Positions 26,962 through 38,910 of a DNA stretch of 64,000 nucleotides are shown here, in pieces; the stretch's first letter is position 1; every line of letters begins with the position of its first letter. Location of the stretch: contig OX597839.1 of the NCBI GenBank assembly GCA_951406725.2, forward strand, positions 22,816,001 to 22,880,000, read 5' to 3'. Origin of the DNA: Octopus vulgaris (taxonomy: Eukaryota). The notes under the pieces are model-generated. The model saw nothing but the letters and a program-made list of their open reading frames with translations. It was not told where the DNA came from and searched no databases. The translations under genes and the position numbers were made by a program.

Positions 26962-26998
26962 ACCAGCAGATTATTATTATTATTATTATTATTACTAA

Positions 26999-27210
26999 GG
27001 TGGCGAGATGGCAAAATCGTTAGCACACTGGATGAAATGCTTAGCGGTATTTCGTCCATCACTACATTCTGAGTTCAAATTCTACGGAGGTCAACTTTGC
27101 CTTTCATCCTTTCGGGGTCGATACATTAAGTACCAGTGGAACACTGGAGTTGATGTAATTGGCGTAACCCCTTCTCCAAAACTGTTGGCCTTGTGCCAAA
27201 ATTTGAAATT
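26999..27210 (+). mobile_element. SINE family B variant
   Basis: A and B boxes plus central domain. Confidence 0.85.
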
Positions 27211-27329
27211 AATACAATATGTCAATCTACTCTAGCCAATGTGTTGAGTTCTATGCGAGATTATATTTGCGATTCATAAAATACATTTTTCATGTTCTCT
27301 TTTTACTAGTCTTCAATTACAACACACAC

Positions 27330-27410
<81 letters not shown>

Positions 27411-27777
27411 TACACACACACACACACACACACACATTGTAATTGAAATGAGATCCGCTATAATAAGTAAGAATGGTAAGATTAATCGAAACATTCTGTA
27501 TTTGTTGTGCAAGGAGCTGCATTTAAATATGACATTTAAAAAAATATATTTTTGGAGTAAATATGTAGATTTATGGATTGAAATGTAGAAATGGAAAAAA
27601 GGAAACTTAATGACGAGAAGAGATTGGGGAAGAAATGGGGGAAAAAATGTTATTTCATGTATATGTATGAAAACGGTTAATAATGAAAAACTATACATAT
27701 TAAATGGGCGATCATGTGTGTGTGTGTGTGTGCATTGGTCATGTGTATATATACTTATGCATATATATAAATATATA

Positions 27778-27815
<38 letters not shown>

Positions 27816-27825
27816 TACACATATG

Positions 27826-27861
<36 letters not shown>

Positions 27862-27869
27862 CACATATG

Positions 27870-27902
<33 letters not shown>

Positions 27903-27916
27903 TATATACACATATG

Positions 27917-27965
<49 letters not shown>

Positions 27966-27981
27966 TATATATACACATATG

Positions 27982-28014
<33 letters not shown>

Positions 28015-28389
28015 TATATATACACATATGCACACACACACACATATATATATATATATGAATATATATACACACACAAATATGTATATATATACTACAT
28101 ATATCCTGGTAAATTGGATACAGAGAGAAAATACACCATGTATACAAAATAACTTCATACATGCGTATGTGACTACATTAGTCGTGTTAAAACACACATA
28201 TACACACACATACATACATACATATACACACACATACATACATACACATACACACACACATCCCTATAAGTGTGAAAGAGAGAAAATCGGATGTATACAA
28301 ATTGTCTACATGTGTATATGCATACATCTGCCTTATATGTTCATATATACATACATATATCCAAATATATCACATATGTTGTATTATAC

Positions 28390-28434
<45 letters not shown>

Positions 28435-28493
28435 CTCAGCCATGCCAGCATGGGAGGCGGACGTAAAACGATGATGATGATGATGATGATATA

Positions 28494-28830
28494 GGCACAG
28501 GAGTGGCTGTGTGGTAAGTAACTTGCTTATCAACCACATGGTTCTGGGTTCAGTCCCACTGCGTGGCACCTTGGACAAATGTCTTCTACTATAGCCTTTG
28601 GCCAACCAAAGTCTTATATGTGTGTGTGTGTGTGTATGTATTTGTGTCTCCTTATCCTCTCCCCACCATCGCTTGACAACCGATGTCGGTGTGTTTACAT
28701 CCCTGTAACTTAGCAGTTTGGTAAAAGAGACCAATAGAATAAGTACCGGGCTTACAATGTGTTCAACTGAAGGCAGTGCTCCAGCTTGGCCATAGCCATA
28801 TGAGTGAAACAAGTAAAGAATAAAAGAATA
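28494..28830 (+). mobile_element. SINE family A
   Basis: Head and tail motifs; sits right after a SINE C tail (28435-28490). Confidence 0.9.
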
Positions 28831-28962
28831 TATATACATATATACATTTATGTATGTATGTATGTTTCTCTCTATCTATCTATCTACCTATGTGTTTGTG
28901 TATATATGGATAATATATGTATGTAGATAGACCAGGAGAAACAGAACTCTTCAAATGAGTAT

Positions 28963-29376
28963 ACTCTTTTATTTTCCTCTTTTACTTGTGTCAGTCATTG
29001 GATAGCAGCCATGCTGGAGCACCACCTTGCAGTGTTTTTGCCAAACAATTGATCTCCAGGACTTTGAAAGCTTTGTATTTATTCTGTTGGTCATTTTTGC
29101 TGAACCGCCAATCTATGGGGATGTAAACACACCAGCACCGGTTGTCAAGATATGACACAGGTATGAAGACACACACACACACACACAGATATATACATAT
29201 ATATATATATATATGATGGGCTTCTTTCAGTTTCTATCTGCCAAATCAACTCAAAAGGCTTTGGTTGGCCTCAGATTATAGCAGAAGATACTTGCCCAAG
29301 TGACCACGCAGTGGGATTGAACCCAGAACCATGTGGCTGGGAAGCAAGCTTCTTACAACACAGCAATGTCTGTGCC

Positions 29377-29429
<53 letters not shown>

Positions 29430-29534
29430 ATACAATGGGCTTCTTACAGTTTCCATTTACCAAATCCACTCACAAGGCTTTGATCGGCCTGAGATTATAG
29501 TAGAAGCTTCTTACAACACAGCAATGCCTGTGCC

Positions 29535-29575
<41 letters not shown>

Positions 29576-29759
29576 ATACAATGGGCTTCTTACAGTTTCC
29601 ATTTACCAAATCCACTCACAAGGCTTTGGTCGGCCTGAGATTATAGTAGAAGATACTTGTCCAAGGTTCCACGCAGTGGGACTGAACCCAGAACCATGGG
29701 GTTGGGAAGCAAGCTTCTTACAACACAGCAATGCCTGTGCCTACATACATATATATATC

Positions 29760-29794
<35 letters not shown>

Positions 29795-29956
29795 ATACAA
29801 TGGGCTTCTTACAGTTTCCATTTACCAAATCCACTCACAAGGCTTTGGTCGGCCTGAGATTATAGTAGAAGATACTTGTCTAAGGTTCCACGCAGTGGGA
29901 CTGAACCCAGAACCACGGGGTTGGGAAGCAAGCTTCTTACCAGACAGTCATGCCTG
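28963..29956 (-). mobile_element. SINE family A plus three tandemly amplified 5' halves
   Basis: Full copy 28963-29377; head units at about 29432-29535, 29579-29742 and 29798-29956, separated by (TA)n. Confidence 0.9.
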
Positions 29957-30104
29957 GATACGCATTTTTATTTTTTGTCAGAAATTTACAAAAGAGACTC
30001 GAGGCCCCAAAGTTTTGCGCACTGCACTTATCAAAGTTTGAAAGTGCAATAAAAGTAGAAAAGAAAATATAAAGTACACTAGCCCTACCCCCACCACCAC
30101 ACAG

Positions 30105-30149
<45 letters not shown>

Positions 30150-30634
30150 ACACGTATGGATGCCTGCATTTCTTAAGCTGCAGCTCCACATGACAACATG
30201 ATAAACACGCACAGATGTACAGCTTTATCTCAATAAACGAGATGTTATAATTGCCCCGTACCTACACCATTTATTCCCCTAAGTACCGTCTTCATCAACT
30301 TATCCACCGAACCGGAAAATTATCGTCAACAACACTGCTTACATCGCTATGGAAACAGCACCGTATCACACGGTCACTGGAACACATTCCACACGCGCGT
30401 GTATGTGTGTATGTGTAGTTGTGTGTGTGTATGTACACATGTACATGTGCATATGTTGGTGTGCATACATCTGTGTGTGCATATGTATGTGTGCATGTGT
30501 GAGTGTGCATATTCTGTATATGTGTGCATGTGTTTGTGTGTATTTACATTCATGAATGTGTGTATGTGTGTATACATGTGTGTGTATGAACCTGCACATA
30601 TATATATGTGTATTGTATATATCTACATGCATGG

Positions 30635-30665
<31 letters not shown>

Positions 30666-31299
30666 TATGTAAAGGAATAGACAAAACTGAGCAATTAAGA
30701 ATTCTGGTTGGAACTCATAAGGTATCAGGTTCAATTCCACTGCACAGCACAGTCAACAAATATGATACAGCCTTGGATCAACCTTAGCCTCGGATAGATG
30801 GGAAACTGTAAGGAAGCCCATCAGATGATAGGCGGTACCAGTGATTCAAAACACAGAAACTTGTTACACACTCTCATGCTAATTCCATCTGAGATTTACA
30901 ATAGATTAACAAGGGCCAATGTAGGACCCTAACCCTAATCCACAGTGTTAATACAGTGTTTGGGAATATTGACCGTTGAGACGAACAGACAATCTATTTA
31001 TCTATGGAGGTTGTTTATGTTTTACATCTGTTTTCAATGCCAGTATGGGTTGGCTGAGTCATTACTGTTCTTCTAGATGGGTAGGAGGCCACATCTCACC
31101 CATTGGTCCCACTTTTGAATAACATGTTGTGTACATGTGTGTGGATGCACATATGTGCATGTGTGTATCTGCATGTGTGTGTGTGTGTGGTAATAATAAC
31201 AATAATCTTTGGATGGAATATATAAACGTTTAATGCTTCTCCTCAGTTTAAAGATCTGAGCAAAGTCGACTCCACCACTGGGACCAACTTTGTTCAAGC

Positions 31300-31527
31300 A
31301 TGAAGACAGACTGGCAAAATGCTGCTCCTCTAAATGGGAACCTTACCTGCCATTGTGGTTTTGTACCACGAAGCAAAGCAGGTCCTGCCATCCACTCAAG
31401 AAGACACATGGTGAATGATCAACAAGCACTTGAGCAAACTGAGTCCTCAACTTGTTCCATTTGCTGAAAGGTTTGCAAGGCACCAGCAGGCCCCAAGAGA
31501 CACATTAGTGTCCATAAAGCATTTTAA
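31300..31527 (+). pseudogene. Degenerate pair of C2H2-like zinc fingers, probably a LINE C-terminus
   Basis: LTCHCGFVPRSKAGPAIHSRRH ... TCSIC*KVCKAPAGPKRHISVH with an in-frame stop. Confidence 0.6.
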
Positions 31528-31584
31528 TTTACTGAACCCTCACTTGTCATTTATGACAAGAGAATCCATCAGCATACATATTAA

Positions 31585-32026
31585 ATCTTTAAATTGTTTC
31601 ACCTTTAAAGCTGTGGTCATGCTGGGGCACCACCGTTGGCTGTGCTACACCATTATCAGAAACCTCCTCTGATATGTGGCATTTGGTGATTGAGGGAATT
31701 TGATGCTGCTGCCCTCATCTATGTTTCCTGTCATGATGTAGGCTTATCTGGAACCTTTGACCAGGAGATCCAGTTTTGTTTTGAACACACATCCACACCA
31801 TGCAGGTCTATCAGACATTTTCGAAGGATACCGAAAAGCTGTGTGCCCTTGTGAAACCCAAGAACTGTGAAATCCAACAGCTACGAAACCCAAGCTGTTG
31901 CAGTATCTGGTCCTGTATTTTGATGGTGATACTGGCATCTTTGGCACTTTTTAGTGACACCCCATTCTGATGCTTGTGTAACTTTCAATGCCAAAGTTTG
32001 GTACAAGGCCTTCCAGGAATTTCCAT
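31585..32026 (-). mobile_element. CR1-like LINE, 3' fragment (dead)
   Basis: WKFLEGLVPNFGIESYT..KVPKMPVSPSKYRTRYCNSLGF...FKTKLDLL..KVPDKP...AAASNSL with stops and frameshifts, then tail GGTGGTGCCCCAGCATGACCACAG. Confidence 0.8.
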
Positions 32027-32127
32027 ATATCTATATATGGACTGAGTTTGGAAATATAGAGTTTTTTAATCAAATTTGTAAACCCCACAGCTATGTTGGT
32101 GTCTATACTTAATTATCTGACATGAAA

Positions 32128-32270
32128 GTAATAATAATAATCCTTTCTATTAAAGGCACAAGGCCTGAAATTTTGGGGGAGGGGACTAGTCGATCTCATC
32201 AACCTTAGTACTCGAGTGGTATTTTTTTACTGACCCTGAAAGGACGAAAGGCAAAGTCGACTTTGGCAGA
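32128..32270 (-). mobile_element. SINE family B fragment
   Basis: GACCCTGAAAGGACGAAAGGCAAAGTCGAC and (TAA)n tail. Confidence 0.8.
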
Positions 32271-32894
32271 CCAGAGGCGTGGTGTGATTGATTACTGACA
32301 ATAACCAATACGCTTGGTGTTCAAGTGATGACAGGATGTGTTAGGGTTCAGCTGAAGTGGAATGGCCAAAATTTACAGTACTTCACTTGTTTATGTATTA
32401 GCAACAGCATGAACATCACAGCATCACATCACACCTCTGTACTGGAACGATGAGAGAGAAGAAGAGGAGAATGAGACAGAGGGGTATGGGGAAGAGAAAG
32501 ACGAGGAAGGGGAAGTGAGGAGGAGGGGGAGGAGGAGGAGAAGGATGATGGAGAGGAAGGTGGAAGGAGGAGGCGGAGAATGGTCATGACATTGAGAATA
32601 ATAAAATCAATGACAGTAAGGAAAAAGAGGACAATGATAAAGATGACATCAATGATGATGATGATGATGATGGTGACAACTGTCAGGGTGATTTCTTCCT
32701 TGAAACCAAATAAAGAAAAAGAAGGGGAAAAAACGGTCAGAGACTTTAAAGAATTAATATTCATAGACAGTGTTGCTGGCTGCTGGAGGGGCTGTCCCCT
32801 TGGACACCATGCACTCTAGTTCGGAAGAAGCTTCCAGGCAATTATTTTACCAATATAATAAGGTGTGTGTGTGTGTGTAAGGGGGAGAAAGTGA

Positions 32895-33063
32895 GAGACA
32901 GAGACAGACAGACAGATAGATAGACAGACAGACTGAGAGACACACAGACAGACAGACAGACATACAGATAGATAGACAGAGAGACATAGATAGATAGATG
33001 AATAGATAGACAGACAGATAGATAGATAGATAGATAAATAGATAGACAGACTCAGAGACAGAC

Positions 33064-33102
<39 letters not shown>

Positions 33103-33131
33103 TAGATAGATAGACAGACTCAGAGACAGAC

Positions 33132-33174
<43 letters not shown>

Positions 33175-33232
33175 TAGATAGATAGATAGACAGATAGATG
33201 GGTAGATAGATGGGTAGATGGGTAGATAGAGA
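32895..33232. repeat. (GATA/GACA)n tetranucleotide repeat
   Basis: Directly visible. Confidence 0.95.
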
Positions 33233-34089
33233 GGTGAAGAAAGAGGTTTAAACCACTTTCTCCATCTTCTATACAACCGGCACCACCAGCCTCACCAACC
33301 ACCCACCCATCTACCCTTGCATTCACTTGTTTAACATTCTGTATACAATTTATCAACTTGAAAAATCTATTTAATATTCGGTCCCCAGATGGTTAGGGGT
33401 TAGCATTACTGATTATGACTTTTTCCACATCACATATCCTTCTTTTCCCCCCGCCACCCCCCACCTCATCCTTGCCAGTGAAAAACCATCAGTACAGATT
33501 ATTCCCACCCCACCCCACCCCAACGACTAATCTTCTCTAATCTGTTATTGCAATCTCTCCAGGTACCCAGCATCTTATCTGCCTTCTTTCAGTCTTACTC
33601 CCTCTCTCTCTCTCTTTCTCTCTTTTCAATCTTCCTCTCCCCCCGGATTCCCCTTCCCTCTCTCCTTTCACTTCATTTCTACACAACTGATTCAATTAGC
33701 TGTGTTTAATGAGAGATAAGACAATCCCCACAAAAAATGTCAGTAAGGTTCCTGCGCAATGAGAACAAATGAGAATATCGTAGCTACACAAATCACACCT
33801 CACACCCTCAACACAACTAACACATCTTTAACGCAGTGTTGTTTCTCATATCGATGTCTTTCAATCTGTCGTACAAACATTCTGCTTTCTCTAATTCCTA
33901 TCTCTTATATCAACTAACGCTCTCAATAAAAAACCGGTCTCCCGTACCTCATTTGAGTCAGGCTACACACACAAACATATGCATATACACATGCACATAT
34001 ATATGTACATATATACATATATATATATACCTATACCTATACCTATATATATATATATATATATACCTATATATATATATATACCTATA

Positions 34090-34145
<56 letters not shown>

Positions 34146-34164
34146 TATATATATGTATATATAT

Positions 34165-34254
<90 letters not shown>

Positions 34255-34389
34255 CTTTATTTTAAGCAGCAGAAAATTCAACAAAATCTGTTACTATGAG
34301 TTTCTCGTTGCCGTTCATCAGACTGATGAACGGCAACAAGAAACTCAGAGTAACAGATTTTGTTGAATTTTCTGCTGCTTAAAATAAAG
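34255..34389. mobile_element. Near-perfect palindrome (67-bp arms, 1-nt spacer) with hammerhead-like cores at the axis
   Basis: Arms 34255-34321 and 34323-34389; CTGATGA-A-CG-GCAA-C(G/A)-A-GAAA-CTC-A-GAG-TA. Confidence 0.75.
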
Positions 34390-34555
34390 CATATTACTCT
34401 ACCACTGGTATTTGAGTACTCTTTTTCCACCTTGTTTCACATTTATGTGTTTACTCCGGTATATATATATATATATAGACAGACACACACAAATATAGCT
34501 ACATACACATAAATATCTACAAATATATGTAGATATATATATATATTATTATTAT

Positions 34556-34598
<43 letters not shown>

Positions 34599-34690
34599 TG
34601 ACAACAAAAGAATGAATGAGACCTCGATATTATGTAAAGTAGAGGAATTTATCTATAAATATAATAGGTAACAATTAGTTGGTTGTCATA

Positions 34691-34749
34691 ATAAAACTCA
34701 GAGTTTCAGATGCCTGGGCTGAAGTCTGCTTCGGCATCTCATCAGTTAT
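34691..34749 (-). ncRNA. Minimal type I hammerhead ribozyme-like motif
   Basis: ATAA-CTGATGA-GATGCC..GGCATC-T-GAAA-CTC-T-GAG-TT-TTAT; perfect 6-bp stem II, palindromic stem III. Confidence 0.6.
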
Positions 34750-34772
34750 AAGACAAATGCTAGCATTTGTCT

Positions 34773-34835
34773 TAATAACTGATGAGATACCAGAGCAGAC
34801 TTCAGCCCAGGCATCTGAAACTTTGAGTTTTATTA
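34773..34835 (+). ncRNA. Minimal type I hammerhead ribozyme-like motif
   Basis: TAATAA-CTGATGA-GATACC..GGCATC-T-GAAA-CTTTGAG-TT-TTATTA; 6-bp stem I, GUU triplet. Confidence 0.55.
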
Positions 34836-34876
34836 TGACAACCAACTAATTGTTACCTATTATATTTATAGATATA

Positions 34877-34924
<48 letters not shown>

Positions 34925-35231
34925 TTAATCTTCCCCTACAAATGGTGTGTATCTCATAACTGGTACCACTGCTGAGTCAAATGATGGTTGACTGACCACT
35001 GTCCAGGGACCTGACTGGACAGCGATGATCTATGTGGAGCTCTAACTCATACTGTTGTGGCCATAGATATAACTGGACACACAAGATATACAGACATACA
35101 TCTCTCTATCGACCAGACAGTCAGATGCCGTCACACACTGCTGGCCACAATGCACTTCTTTGCACTTTTGAAGCCTATGAATGATACCACCTCATTGGTT
35201 AGGTAGGCCATTATATATATATATGTATAAA

Positions 35232-35461
35232 GGCGGTGAGCTGGCAGAAACATTAGCACGCCGGGCGAAATGCGTGGCCGTATTTCATCTGCCGTTACAT
35301 TCTGAGTTCAAATTCCGCCGAGGTCGACTTTGCTTTCATCCTTTCGGGGTCGATAAATTAAGTACCAGTTACGCACTGGGGTTGATGTAATCGACTTAAT
35401 CCCTTTGTCTGTCCTTGATTGTCCTCTCTGTGTTTAGCCCCTTGTGGGTAGTAAAGAAATA
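35232..35461 (+). mobile_element. SINE family B
   Basis: Close match to 21876-22110. Confidence 0.9.
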
Positions 35462-35859
35462 AATTATATATATATGTATTATATATACATGCATACAGAT
35501 ATGCATGTATGCACACATACACATATGCATGCACACAACATGTATATTAACACTGACGAGGATATAAATAGAGATGCACGTGCATAAAGGAATGTAATGT
35601 CTATTCATTGCAGAGCATCAATTCCAGAGAAAAGTTGGACGTGAGTTAGAAAGCTGACAAGGCATGTCAAGGAATGTGAAATCTATCCAAGAGGAATGGT
35701 TATAAAGGAACAAACATGGGAATTGATGAGTTATGCCGGATGAAACAAATGTTCCTTTTGTTTAGGCTGGAGAATTCCGAGAGAAGAAAAACCAAAGAAT
35801 GGCGTGTCGGGAAGCAGAGAATTGAATTTGACAAATGAAATGAGACAGGATCTCGTTTC

Positions 35860-36053
35860 TATCATTTTGACCGTGGTCATGTTGGAGCACTGCTTCTAGT
35901 CGAACAAATTGACCCCGGGACATAGTCTTGGAAAGCCTAGTACTTATTCTATTGCTCTCTTTTGCCGAACTGCTAAGTTACAGGGACGTAAACACACCAA
36001 CACCAGTTGTTAAGTGATGGTGGGGGCACAAACACAGACACACACACAGATAT

Positions 36054-36106
<53 letters not shown>

Positions 36107-36259
36107 TGGCTTCTTTCAGTTTCTGTCTACCAAATCCACTTTCAAGGCTTGGTCGGCCCCAGACTATAGTAGAAGACACTTGTCCAAGGTGCCATGCAGT
36201 GGGACTGAACCCAGAACCATGTGGTTGAGAAGCAAGCTACTTACCACACAGCCATGCCT
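35860..36259 (-). mobile_element. SINE family A
   Basis: Head, internal microsatellite and tail. Confidence 0.9.
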
Positions 36260-36272
36260 ATAAACATATATG

Positions 36273-36470
36273 TATCATCATCATCATCATCATCCTCGTT
36301 TAAGGTCCATTTTTCATGCTGGCATGGGTTGGACAGTTTGACTGAGGTCTTGAGTGCCAGGAGGCTGCACCAGGCTCCAATCTGATCTGGTAATGTCTCT
36401 ACAGCTTGATGCCCTTCCTAATGCCAACCACTCCAAGAGTGTACTGAGTGCTTTTTATGTGCCACTGGCA
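36273..36470 (-). mobile_element. SINE family C
   Basis: (CAT)n tail and GATGCCCTTCCTAATGCCAACC. Confidence 0.85.
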
Positions 36471-36983
36471 CATATACACACATCTACATACATACATACA
36501 TATATATATACACATACACACACACATATATATATATATACAATTACAAGGCTTTGGTTGGCTTGAGGCTATAGTAGAAGATACTTGCCCAAGGTGCCTC
36601 CAATATTTGTTTATCTTTTGCATCTTTTACTTGTTTCAGTCATTTGATTGTGGTCATGCTGGAGCAGTGCTTTGAAGTGTTTAACCGAAGAGATCAACCC
36701 TAGGACTTACTTTTTTTATAAAAAAATTTCTGAAAAATTTTGTTGAACCAGTAAGTAATGGGGACATAAACAAACCAACACCAGTTGTCAAATGGAGGAA
36801 TGGAACAAACTAGAAAACACACATATATTACATATAAATGAAGGCAATACAAATGGGAACCACCACAGGCTGTGAGTAACTTCAGAGTCAGAAGTGAATA
36901 TTGAAACGCTGGCATCAGAATCGGTAAGCAACAGTGTACCAACACCACCAACTCTTAGTAAACGTAAATTAGCATATAAATCT

Positions 36984-37671
36984 CCCTTTAGCATCCAGAT
37001 TATTCTGTCAAATCTAATCCTTATTTATTCCCACTTGTTTTCAATTAATCATGGATTATCTCATAGCTTTGGAGTTTCAATGCTGTGAATTGTGTTATTT
37101 TTAGGATGACATTGTAGTATAAGTGTGAGAGGTCAGATATGGCCAGTTTGAACATAAAATGTGTAGAATATCTGGGCTGGATAATGGCCTGTGTAAACTT
37201 TCAGCATTCAGATTCCTCTGTCAAATATTAATGCTTATTTCTTTACATTGTTTTGAATTAATCATGGATTATTTCATAGATTTGAGATTTTGGTGATGTG
37301 TTTTATTTTTAGAATGACATTGTAGGGTAGTGTGAGAGACCAGATCTGGCTGGTTTGAAGGTAAAATGAGTAGAATATTTAGGCAGGATATACTCTTTAC
37401 TCTTTTACTTGTTTCAGTCATTTGACTGCGGCCATGCTGGAGCACCACCTTTAGTCAAGCAACTCGACCCCGGGACTTATTCTTTTGTAAGCCCAGTACT
37501 TATTCTATCGGTCTCTTTTGCCGAACCGCTAAGTAACGGGGACATAAACACGCCAGCATCGGTTGTCAAGCAATGCTAGGGAACAAACACAGACACACAA
37601 ACACACACACGCATATATATATATATATATATACATATATACGATGATCTGTTTAAATGCTAAACGGTTAA
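36984..37671. mobile_element. Two tandem piggyBac-type MITE copies, the second interrupted by a SINE A 3' part (37392-37645)
   Basis: Similar to 57965-58184; right end TTTAAATGCTAAACGGTTAA resumes after the SINE. Confidence 0.7.
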
Positions 37672-37742
37672 ACTTCCAGCTGCACAGATATTAAATTTGA
37701 GACAGTTTATGGTGCTGAAACCAATCAAATCAGGCTTATTAA

Positions 37743-37962
37743 CCCTTTCGATACCAACCCAGCTGAAACCACTTCTGGCTCTGTAGTACAAATGTTTTGT
37801 TTTCAAAAGTTCTGAATTAAAAAATCCTCCACCAAACCTTAGTCACAATTTATGTTGCTAACACTAGCTTAATGACAACTAAGTTATTTTACTAAATTCT
37901 TTGTTATATTTAAAAGGAATTGAAACACAGAGCATCTCAGCAAAAATATGGTAACAAAAGGG
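37743..37962. mobile_element. piggyBac-type MITE (family 1)
   Basis: TTAA|CCCTTTCGATACCA ... TGGTAACAAAAGGG|TTAA: terminal inverted repeats with TTAA target duplication. Confidence 0.85.
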
Positions 37963-38519
37963 TTAAATGACTTCTACAAAAGAAAAGGAACTGGTAGAAT
38001 CTGACTGTGTTCTAACAAGATGTCAATTTTAGACTTGCACTTTTGATCTAATCTTTATTATCCAGATACAATATTTCTTTAATAAATTTTGTTGAGAAGA
38101 TATTTTTAATATCTTAAAATATAATTTTTTTTCTTTATTTAATAGAAAACCATCCATGTTACATTCGCATCAATTTTATATTCCATTAAGTCTTCAACAT
38201 CAGAAGCAAAAGGTTATTAATCCAATAAAGATTATTTCTTCCACAATGGCCATTTATTAAGTCACTTTAGGTGTTCAATCTTTCAGTTTTAACTTTGATG
38301 TATTTGGAATTTTCGAAATGGTAAAACAAAGACGTTCCTGATTTTCTCTTAGAATATTTTTATATTTTCTTTCTTTCATATTTTTTTTTTTACTTTATAA
38401 CCTTTTGATAAAAACAGTTTCTTCTTTTTAAATTTTAAAGTTTTCTCTCAATTGCTTTTAACTTCTTTCATAAATAATGCAAAAAAAAAAAAAAGCTACA
38501 ACAAAAAAGTTAATGCTTC

Positions 38520-38910
38520 AAACCATTTAGCATTTAAACTGGCCACATCCAGCCATATCTGGCCACATCTAGCCATATCTGGCCACATCTAGCCATATCT
38601 GGCCACATCCAGCCATATCTGGCCACATTCAGCCATATCTGGCCACATCTAGCCATATCTGGCCACATCTAGCCATATCTGGCCACATCCAGCCATATCT
38701 GGCCACATCCAGCCATATCTGGCCACATCTAGCCAAAAGAGTCTACCTGTTTTATGTTTAAGCCATTCAAACAGGGCCTCTTGCACCTACCCTACAATGT
38801 CCCTCTAGAAATAAACAATCATATCACTGAAATCTCATGGGTGTGTGATAATCCATGGTTAAGACGAAACGAATGAATGAATAAGGATTGTATTTAAGAA
38901 AATAATCTGG
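38520..38910. mobile_element. piggyBac-type MITE (family 2), reverse orientation, with internal satellite
   Basis: Starts AACCATTTAGCATTTAAACTGGCC; remainder matches the reverse of 57965-58184. Confidence 0.7.
38541..38735. repeat. 20-bp minisatellite (GGCCACATCYAGCCATATCT), about 9.75 units
   Basis: Directly visible exact periodicity. Confidence 0.97.

Larger units (their letters stand above)
34650..34874. mobile_element. About 225-bp palindrome with a hammerhead-like motif in each arm
   Basis: Axis GCT|AGC at 34761/34762; arms complementary with few mismatches. Confidence 0.8.

Noticed and set aside
35715-35757. TTGATGAG...GAAAC hammerhead-like string
   Set aside because: Core starts with T, and stems I and II do not pair convincingly.
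38541-38735. CRISPR-like regular repeat
   Set aside because: Contiguous tandem units with no unique spacers, in a eukaryotic context with no cas genes.
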